Source: Pseudomonas sp. (lineage in GTDB: Bacteria; Pseudomonadota; Gammaproteobacteria; Pseudomonadales; Pseudomonadaceae). From it: 64,000 nucleotides of DNA. Below the pieces are notes generated by a model. It had not been told where the DNA came from, searched no databases, and saw only the letters and a program-made list of their open reading frames with translations. Position 1 is the stretch's first letter. Each line of letters starts with the position of its first letter. Shown here in pieces: positions 10,576 to 17,179 of this stretch. The DNA is taken from the NCBI RefSeq assembly GCF_048269965.1, contig NZ_JBLWTV010000007.1:171663-235662 (forward strand). Reading direction: 5' to 3'. The position numbers and the translations under genes are program-made.

Positions 10576-11868
10576 TCAGAGCTCCCTGGCCAGGCGCAGG
10601 CCGGAGAACTGCCAGCGCATCGTGGGGTAGAAGAAATTGCGGTAGGTGGGGCGCACGTGGTCTTCAGGCGTAGCGCAGCTGCCGCCGCGCAGCACCATCT
10701 GCCCGGACATGAACTTGCCGTTGTACTCGCCCAGGCTGCCGCCCAGCGGCCGAAAGCCGGGGTAGGGCCGGTAGGCGCTGGCCGTCCATTCCCAGACATC
10801 GCCATAGAGCTGCTGCAGGCCCGTGCCGGCACCTGCTGCCACCGGCTGCAGGTGATCGTTCTCGACGAAATTGCCCCACAGCGGCTCCTCCTGCGCGGCC
10901 ACTTCCCATTCCTCTTCGCGCGGCAAACGCGCCTGCGCCCAGGTGGCGAAGGCCTCGGCCTCGAAGTAGCTCAGGTGGCAGACCGGCGCATGCAGGTCCA
11001 GCTCGCGCGGGCCGCCCAGGGTCAGCTCCAGCCAGTCGTCACCCTCGCGCAGCCAGTACAGCGGCGCCTGCCAGCCGGCACGCTGGATATGGTCCCAACC
11101 GTCCGCCAGCCACAGCGCCGTGCTGCGATAACCGCCATCGCGGATGAACTGCAGGTACTCGCCATTGCTCACCGGCCGGCTGGCCAGCTGAAAGGCCTCG
11201 ACGAACACCCGGTGGCGCGGCCGCTCGCAATCGAAGGCAAAGCCATCGCCGGTATGGCCGACATGGCGCAGCCCGGCGGGAAATTCGATCCATCGCAGCT
11301 CGCCGGCCGGCGCGCCGCCCGGCTTGAGGTCGTGGCGATAGACCGGGCGCAAGGGGTTCTGCGCCAGGATGTGCTTGATATCCATCAACAGCAGCTCCTG
11401 ATGCTGCTGCTCGTGCTCCAGCCCCAGCTCGATGCGCTGCAACAGCTCATCGGACAGCTCGCTGTGCGGCTGGCTGAGCAATTGCTGCATGGCCAGATCG
11501 ACATGGCTGCGATAGGCGTACACCTCGCTCACCGTCGGCCGCGACAGCAGCCCGCGCCGCGCCCGCTCGAAGGGCGTGCCGTGGGTCTTGTAATAGGAAT
11601 TGAACAGATGGTCGTAGCGCGCATCCAGCGGGCGATAGCCCGGCAGAAAGGGCTGCAGCACGAAGGCTTCGAAGAACCAGGTGACATGCGCCAGATGCCA
11701 CTTAGGCGGGCTGACGTCCGCCATGCTCTGGATCACATAGTCCTCGGCCTCCAGCGGCTCACAGAGCCGCTCACTGGCGGCGCGCACCCGCTGATAACGC
11801 TGCCATAGTGGTTCGAGGTGCGGCGGTGAAACGGCGATCCTGCTGGTGCGGTCTCGCATAACACGCAT
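10576..11868 (-). CDS. egtB: Sulfoxide synthase EgtB (DinB-like N-domain plus FGE-sulfatase-like C-domain)
   Basis: HLAHVTWFFEAFVL and EQQHQELL (DinB_2-like metal site), then GDVWEWTASAYRPYPGF and RGGSCATP (FGE-like). Stop lies 3 nt upstream of the egtD start. Confidence 0.85.
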   Translation of the reverse strand: MRVMRDRTSRIAVSPPHLEPLWQRYQRVRAASERLCEPLEAEDYVIQSMADVSPPKWHLAHVTWFFEAFVLQPFLPGYRPLDARYDHLFNSYYKTHGTPFERARRGLLSRPTVSEVYAYRSHVDLAMQQLLSQPHSELSDELLQRIELGLEHEQQHQELLLMDIKHILAQNPLRPVYRHDLKPGGAPAGELRWIEFPAGLRHVGHTGDGFAFDCERPRHRVFVEAFQLASRPVSNGEYLQFIRDGGYRSTALWLADGWDHIQRAGWQAPLYWLREGDDWLELTLGGPRELDLHAPVCHLSYFEAEAFATWAQARLPREEEWEVAAQEEPLWGNFVENDHLQPVAAGAGTGLQQLYGDVWEWTASAYRPYPGFRPLGGSLGEYNGKFMSGQMVLRGGSCATPEDHVRPTYRNFFYPTMRWQFSGLRLAREL

Positions 11869-12038
11869 CCTTTGCTGGCGCCGCGAAGCGCGACGGTACT
11901 AAAAGCCGACTGGCCAACAAGGGCAAAGGTTCAAGGAAAAGTGTGTCGTTTACATGGCAGGGGCCCGAAACGCATCGCAGCATGCGGCCCATGCTGAGTG
12001 CGGCGATCAGGCGCTGCGCTGTCACCACTGGCGGGCGT

Positions 12039-12566
12039 TCAGCGCGCCGCCCCGGCTCGAAAACGTCCACGCCACCAGCGCGCCAGCCACGATTGAGGCT
12101 CGCGCGGTGCTGAGTGGGTCTGCCGATGGAAGCGCGGCAACTCGCCCAGGGCGATCCACAGCTCACCCTGCCACTCCAGCAGATTGACCTGCTGATTGTC
12201 CCAGGCCATCAGGCAGCGGGATGGCTCATGAGCGGCCCACGCCGCACTGTCGCGCAGCGCTGGCAAGGCCACATGGCTGAGCCAGCGGCGCAGAAGACGG
12301 TTCTCCGGATGCGAGAAGCGCCACAGCGCCCGGTACATGCCCGACTCACTGAGCACCTCCACCGTCTCCAGCTGCCCGCTGGCCAGCTGGAAATGCACCG
12401 TCCGCACCTGGTCGGCATCCATCAGCCGGCAGATGCGCTCCGGGTGGCGATGGCCCAGCAAGCGCGCAAACTCCCAGGCACAGACCCACGGCTGGCGGTC
12501 GATCATCACGCCGCGCAACGGACGGTTATGCCGCATCAGTACGATGGGGACGTAGGCATCTTCCAT
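12039..12566 (-). CDS. Bro-N domain protein (prophage antirepressor-like)
   Basis: 175 aa. ESGMYRALWRFSHPENRLLRRWLSHVALPALR matches the conserved core of Bro-N/antirepressor N-domains. Divergent from an XRE HTH gene. Confidence 0.7.
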   Translation of the reverse strand: MEDAYVPIVLMRHNRPLRGVMIDRQPWVCAWEFARLLGHRHPERICRLMDADQVRTVHFQLASGQLETVEVLSESGMYRALWRFSHPENRLLRRWLSHVALPALRDSAAWAAHEPSRCLMAWDNQQVNLLEWQGELWIALGELPRFHRQTHSAPREPQSWLARWWRGRFRAGAAR

Positions 12567-12593
12567 AAGGCCTCCCGGCTGCTTGGTTCACTG

Positions 12594-12614
12594 TATCTGA
12601 AAATCAGATATCTG
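12594..12614. promoter_or_regulatory. Overlapping palindromes in the Bro-N/XRE divergent intergenic region (candidate operator)
   Basis: TATCTGA-AAA-TCAGATA (12594-12610) overlaps the perfect 10-bp palindrome CAGATATCTG (12605-12614). A further AGATAT half-site follows at about 12621. Confidence 0.5.
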
Positions 12615-12652
12615 GAGGTTAGATATACCGTGACTGTCCTGTCAACGGACGG

Positions 12653-12934
12653 ATGCCTCCTGTGGAAAAGTCGGTTTATCGAGACGAGAACCTGATTTTC
12701 TTGAAATTGCTCAAACAGTGTCGGGTCGAGGCAGGGCTGACCCAGGACGACTTCGCCAAAGCGCTCGACCGCCCACAGTCGTTTGTCAGCGATGTGGAGC
12801 GTGGGCTGCGTCGGCTGGATCTGATCCAGCTCCGGGATATCTGTCAGGTGCTGGGCATCAGCTTGAGCAGCTTTGTGCAGCGCTTCGAGGATGAGTTGGC
12901 TGGCAATAGTGGTGTGGACACAGGAAGGAGCTAA
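12653..12934 (+). CDS. XRE/Cro-CI family HTH transcriptional regulator
   Basis: 93 aa with a clean HTH_3 pattern: LTQDDFAKALDRPQSFVSDVERGLRRLDLIQLRDICQVLGISLSSF. Confidence 0.8.
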   Translation: MPPVEKSVYRDENLIFLKLLKQCRVEAGLTQDDFAKALDRPQSFVSDVERGLRRLDLIQLRDICQVLGISLSSFVQRFEDELAGNSGVDTGRS

Positions 12935-13015
12935 GGCTCCGGGTGGCGGTGCACCCAGGGCGATGTGCCGTCGCAGAGGATAATGAATCTCTCCCCACGT
13001 CATCTGGCGGCGACG

Positions 13016-13051
13016 ACGCATCAGCACGATGGGGATCAAGGCATCTTCCAC
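13016..13051 (-). pseudogene. Decayed duplicate of the Bro-N gene 5' end (GTG start, about 12 codons)
   Basis: 13018-13060 matches 12533-12575 at 37 of 43 positions by hand alignment. Encoded MEDALIPIVLMR compares with MEDAYVPIVLMR. The rest of track ORF 12536..13051 is antisense to the XRE gene. Confidence 0.6.
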
Positions 13052-13174
13052 AAGGCCACCTGATTGTCAGCCGCCTATGGCGGGTGGGTTCGAACGTGCG
13101 GGCAGGGGAATGCGCACGCATGGCGAGTCTGGAATGAGGGGTATTTGGTAGACTCTTAAGCGGCGATGCAGAAG

Positions 13175-13212
13175 GGTCCTAATTGGGACCAATATAGGTC
13201 CCCTTTGGGACC
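13175..13212. promoter_or_regulatory. Two adjacent palindromes upstream of the second HTH gene (candidate operators)
   Basis: GGTCC-taattg-GGACC (13175-13190) and GGTCCC-cttt-GGGACC (13197-13212), ending 20 nt before ATG 13232. Confidence 0.5.
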
Positions 13213-13231
13213 CTTGTCAATAGAGGGTGTG

Positions 13232-13471
13232 ATGGATCTGCCGGCAAAACTGAAGGCACTACGGATGCACGAAGGCCTCACGCAAGGTGACTTTTGTGAG
13301 CAACTGCAGATCAGTCTGAGCACCTACAAGAAGCAAGAGCTTTCCCTGCGGTCGGATATCAGCGCCACGGTTCTTCTAAAGGTCACCAATCACCCGAGGT
13401 TCAAGAAGTACACCCTCTGGCTGATGACAGGCGACACGGCACCGGAGTGTGGGCAGGTCAGTCCGCTGTGA
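13232..13471 (+). CDS. Small phage-repressor-like HTH protein
   Basis: ORF 13166..13471 trimmed to ATG 13232 (SD GAGGG). HTH: LTQGDFCEQLQISLSTYKKQE. The C-terminal KYTLWLMTGDT resembles short Cro/CI-type regulators. 79 aa. Confidence 0.65.
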   Translation: MDLPAKLKALRMHEGLTQGDFCEQLQISLSTYKKQELSLRSDISATVLLKVTNHPRFKKYTLWLMTGDTAPECGQVSPL

Positions 13472-13816
13472 GGTTTTGGTTGTGGAGTAAAGGATTATGA
13501 GTTGCCTCGAAACGCTTCAAACCCAGCAAAACCGTGAATAGCTTAATGCAAGTAAAATAAGCTGAAAGCAGCGTCGTTACTGGGCTTGAGCGTAATTTTG
13601 CAAAAGCGACAGAAGCTGGACGCTGTACCGTCAGTGTACTGTTTTTTGTACTGCGATGGCTTCCAGTGCAAGCTGCCACATTGGTTTGCATTGCACGGGT
13701 AATCCGCAGCGTTTTCGACTCATTGGGGTTCTACATGCAGTTATGTTGAGCTAGGGCTAAAGAAATCGTCAGCGCTAACTGGCTTGTGAATATGCTATTA
13801 CATGGTGCCCTAACTT

Positions 13817-14029
13817 TTATTGGGTTCTTTGATAGCTAAATGAGTTCATTATGTGAGCTCTGAAGTATACCCCGTGAGAGCTGGCGCCCATTAAGTCGGT
13901 GTATATAGACTCTGGTACTCCGTAGTATTCGTAGATGCGACCATTGAGAAACTCAATTTCGAGTGTTTCAGTTGACGGGTCATAACCGATTGAGGCGAGG
14001 TTACTAGATCCGACCTGTACACGTTCCAT
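13817..14029 (-). CDS. KTSC-domain protein (stand-alone, 70 aa)
   Basis: VGSSNLASIGYDPSTETLEIEFLNGRIYEYYGVPESIYTDLMGASSHGVYF fits the KTSC pattern (SSNI..GYD...L.VEF..G..Y.Y..VP...Y..L..A.S.G.YF). ATG lies 5 nt after the HerA stop, with AAGGA inside the HerA 3' end. AT-rich like its neighbours. Confidence 0.75.
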   Translation of the reverse strand: MERVQVGSSNLASIGYDPSTETLEIEFLNGRIYEYYGVPESIYTDLMGASSHGVYFRAHIMNSFSYQRTQ

Positions 14030-14034
14030 TTTGA

Positions 14035-15807
14035 TTATCCTTGATTGTTGGTTTGAGAACGCCAGCTATTTATTAGCTCTTTATAGTTTTCTACTTCCTT
14101 TGGTTTTTTCCAGGAATCCGCAACGCATGGGTCTTTACTGTTGGGGTACTTATCGTCTGGTAATAAGTTAAATCTGCAGCGTGTAGGTAGCTTTGCAGCT
14201 TCCCCTACAATTATGGCTTCGCCAGTTCTTAGGATTGGGAGAGTGTCTACTATGCCAGACAAGCCTTCGGACATTGCGGATTTAACTATGCCTCTGTCAG
14301 TGGTGTTGTTTATCCTTAATGAAATAATCGTGCCGCATTGAGATAAAATTGTTTCGTCAATTTCAGAGGGCCTTTGGCTTACTAGCATTGCGCCAACACC
14401 GAATTTACGTCCTTCTTTAGCAATTCGCTGAACCATTTCTTTTGCAAGACCAGTTTCAGATTTGGAAAGATATCTGTGTGCTTCTTCAAGAACTAAGAGC
14501 AACGGCCTTTTTCTCATTCCTGCCTGTAGCTCTCGGCCCCATATAGAAACCTCAAATAGCACATCTAGAATAGTTCCAAGTAATAGGCTGAGTCGCGAAG
14601 ATGGCATTCCCGACAAGTCAAGAATTGTTATTGGTTTTTCATGGCCGAGCCACCCTTCAACAAGTGCGTCTAAATCTTTTTCTATAACGCCATTTTTGTT
14701 TGGGCTCCATTCGCCGGGCTCTAACATAAATGAATATTGTGTGTCTGCTAGTCTTGACTTCATTAAGTCAAGCTGTCTCTTCATTAAACCTGCGCCACCT
14801 TTAAATGGTGGGGTATTTCCAGGTGCCGGAGGCTGAAATTTTGGTGCTATAAGGCTTTCACAGTCGCCCAAACCATTTGTGGCGTAGGCAGGCACTGTCT
14901 GGTCCTTATCCATCCAGTTCACATTATCTAGGAAACATAGTTCATGCCAAATTTTTTTAATGCTGTACGGAAGAGGTGTTGAGCTTGTAACTCTATCCGG
15001 GTTGACACCGTCGAAGTTATTGGCGGTAATGCTGTTTATTTTTTCAGAAACTGTTTTATCTAAAAAGATCGCTTTTTGGCTGTCACTTAAAGTTCCACAG
15101 AGAAATTCCATTAGGTGTGTCGGAGATATGCACCAGTAAGGCACGTATAGCTTGTTCTCAGCTTCAGGGAGAACTGAAAAAACATTAGCGATGTCGCCTA
15201 GGGCTGATTGGTATTCCCCATGTATGTCTATAAGTAGTATGCGAGCGGAAGGCATGTTTATTTTTTCCGCCGCTGTGACCATGGATCTCAATATGCTAGC
15301 TGTACTAGTAGATTTCCCTGATCCGGTTGATCCGAATATCGCGGAATGCCTTGTGACTAGTTTGTCTAAGTCCAAGCTAACGCTTATGCCGTCTGAGCTC
15401 GAAAGTGTCCCGACGTTAAAGTGGCCATCAATGTCCTTGCCAAATATTTTTTTCAGGTCACTGTCTACTACTATGTGTACCTCATTACCTATGCTCGGGT
15501 ACTCGCTAATGCCGCGTTCAAACTCACCGGCAACTATTTCCCCAATGAGCTCGATTTTTATCCAGCGACGATCAAGGTGGATGCCGTCTTGATCGTCTAA
15601 CTGAGACGACTCGCTGGAGCCGGCGATAACGCCGTACAAGTTATTATATCCAAGCAATATTTTTACAAAGCTACCAACCTGGCCAATTCGATAGTTTCTA
15701 CCTTCCAGTATGACTATGCCTGACTCCACAGAATCGGCGAGTTCAACAACTGCCGAGGAGCTTGAGACGGCGCTAATATTGCCAAGCAGTGTGGGGGAGT
15801 TATTCAT
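14035..15807 (-). CDS. HerA-type hexameric ATPase/helicase partner of SIR2
   Basis: HAS-barrel-like N-terminus, Walker A GSTGSGKST, Walker B LLLVLEEAHRYL, and SQRPSEI. Start moved from the track start (15867) to ATG 15805-15807 (MNNSPTLLG), which overlaps the SIR2 stop within ATGAATAA. 590 aa. Confidence 0.85.
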   Translation of the reverse strand: MNNSPTLLGNISAVSSSSAVVELADSVESGIVILEGRNYRIGQVGSFVKILLGYNNLYGVIAGSSESSQLDDQDGIHLDRRWIKIELIGEIVAGEFERGISEYPSIGNEVHIVVDSDLKKIFGKDIDGHFNVGTLSSSDGISVSLDLDKLVTRHSAIFGSTGSGKSTSTASILRSMVTAAEKINMPSARILLIDIHGEYQSALGDIANVFSVLPEAENKLYVPYWCISPTHLMEFLCGTLSDSQKAIFLDKTVSEKINSITANNFDGVNPDRVTSSTPLPYSIKKIWHELCFLDNVNWMDKDQTVPAYATNGLGDCESLIAPKFQPPAPGNTPPFKGGAGLMKRQLDLMKSRLADTQYSFMLEPGEWSPNKNGVIEKDLDALVEGWLGHEKPITILDLSGMPSSRLSLLLGTILDVLFEVSIWGRELQAGMRKRPLLLVLEEAHRYLSKSETGLAKEMVQRIAKEGRKFGVGAMLVSQRPSEIDETILSQCGTIISLRINNTTDRGIVKSAMSEGLSGIVDTLPILRTGEAIIVGEAAKLPTRCRFNLLPDDKYPNSKDPCVADSWKKPKEVENYKELINSWRSQTNNQG

Positions 15808-17044
15808 TATGATCCCCTTCAGGTGTACCCTCTTCAGCCTCGGCTGGTTGGGTGCCGGCAACTGCAATAAGAGCTTCGATATCTATCGGGTCCCTTATTG
15901 TGTTACTTGAAAAGTCGCCTCCGGCGGTTGCTAGGAATCTCGCTAGTCGACTAAAATCTCCCAATAAAAAGTTGCCTTCACTATAGTACTCGCCTCTTAT
16001 ATTTCTCCAGCCTTTACTTGGCAGTGCGCCTGTTCTCCACTTGGCCTCCACTCCATTGATAATGGCGCCATCTTTACAGTATGCACTTATGCCGGGACAT
16101 TTTAGTGCTAGATCTCGTATGTATGTTTCGGATTCGAGTTTTCCGTATTGAAACGCTAATAGGGCTGAAGAGGGATTGGCCTGCAAGCTTTCCAGCAATC
16201 TTGATGAGATGTGTGCGTCAGCGAATGAAAAGCCAGTTGAAATTAATAGGCTGTCAGGCTCGAGAATGAAATTTCTTAGCCGCTCAAATAGTGAAGAAAA
16301 TGGTGCGGCTTGGGTTTGATCATATTTGATGTGTGATGGGTAAACCATGCTTGCGTTGTTGGAGCGTGGGATTCTGATAATTTCATTTTTATCGTTTTTC
16401 TCCCACCCAATAGATCCATGAAGTTTCCATAGTCTTACCCATCGTGAAGGAAGGTCGTTTTTAGAAATGCTTGACGGGTCAAAGAAAGCATCTCTTGCAC
16501 CACTAAAGCCATCGAAATACGGTGTCTTAGAGCGTTCTAGTGCCTGTTCTAGCAAGAGGTCATAGTTTGTTGTGAAAACCTCTACGCCATGTTTTCTATT
16601 TACGCCATTAATCCAAGATACTAACTCTGAGTAAGGTGTTTGCCCTAGCGGTAATTCTTTGCTTACTGCATCCCTAATTAGGTTGCATATTTTTTCAGAT
16701 AGTTCTAGGAATTCGATTGAATTACAGCCATAAACAATTGAATCGCCAATGACTTCATTCAGGGCCCGTATTTTTGAAAGCACTTTCTCTAGGTTTGGGC
16801 TGAGAATTGATTCCTCAAGATCTTGATAGACTTTCAACTCCTTGGCGGAAAGGTTCTCTTTAACGGTCTTTGTCAATCCTTGAAGATTGGGGATCAGTGA
16901 TATCCAGTCGTCATTTGAGGGCCCTATATTAATGCTTACCGGAGCTCCTGCTCCCATAAGAACACCAATTTTCTTCTTTCCGTTACTAGCCAGCTGACGG
17001 AAGCCAAACATATACTGGTCCGGGTTATGTGTCGAATCACTCAT
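15800..17044 (-). CDS. SIR2-family (SIR2_2-like) NAD-utilising effector
   Basis: 414 aa with GVLMGAGAPVS, VFTTNYDLLLEQA, LWKLHGSIGW and GFSFADAHI, the hallmark blocks of defence-type SIR2 domains. ATG 17042-17044 is preceded by AAGGAT. Confidence 0.85.
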   Translation of the reverse strand: MSDSTHNPDQYMFGFRQLASNGKKKIGVLMGAGAPVSINIGPSNDDWISLIPNLQGLTKTVKENLSAKELKVYQDLEESILSPNLEKVLSKIRALNEVIGDSIVYGCNSIEFLELSEKICNLIRDAVSKELPLGQTPYSELVSWINGVNRKHGVEVFTTNYDLLLEQALERSKTPYFDGFSGARDAFFDPSSISKNDLPSRWVRLWKLHGSIGWEKNDKNEIIRIPRSNNASMVYPSHIKYDQTQAAPFSSLFERLRNFILEPDSLLISTGFSFADAHISSRLLESLQANPSSALLAFQYGKLESETYIRDLALKCPGISAYCKDGAIINGVEAKWRTGALPSKGWRNIRGEYYSEGNFLLGDFSRLARFLATAGGDFSSNTIRDPIDIEALIAVAGTQPAEAEEGTPEGDHNE

Positions 17045-17131
17045 CGCTGGCTTATATCCTTTTGGCTATTAATATTTTCAGAGAAAAGTCACGGATTAAT
17101 TTCTCTACGAGGTCACTCTTCATTGAAGTAG

Positions 17132-17141
17132 TAGATATCTA
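17132..17141. promoter_or_regulatory. Perfect palindrome TAGATATCTA upstream of the SIR2 gene
   Basis: Lies 88-97 nt upstream of the SIR2 ATG in a 135-nt AT-rich gap. It shares the AGATATCT core with the palindrome at 12605-12614. Confidence 0.35.
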
Positions 17142-17179
17142 GTCTCGGCAGTTTAATTAGGTGCGCTCGATAGATGGTG

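Noticed and set aside
12536-13051. 171-aa minus-strand ORF spanning the XRE gene region.
   Set aside because: Only its first 12 codons resemble anything (the Bro-N start). The remainder is antisense to a clean HTH_3 gene, so it is treated as a 5' remnant and not a gene.
13076-13100. TGGCGGGTGGGTTCGAACGTGCGGGC, which looked like a tRNA T-arm or 3'-end fragment and hence a possible left att site.
   Set aside because: It does not fold into a T stem-loop, and it matches the tRNA(CAU) 3' region at only about 12 of 18 positions. This is too weak to call.
13458-13691. 77-aa minus-strand ORF in the AT-rich spacer.
   Set aside because: It has no start context or motifs, and its composition is typical of a random ORF in AT-rich DNA. 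It overlaps the end of the HTH gene.
15808-15867. Longer HerA start at 15867 given by the ORF track.
   Set aside because: It would overlap the SIR2 gene by 68 nt and add a non-conserved, basic 20-aa leader. The ATG at 15805-15807, overlapping the SIR2 stop, is the usual coupled arrangement.
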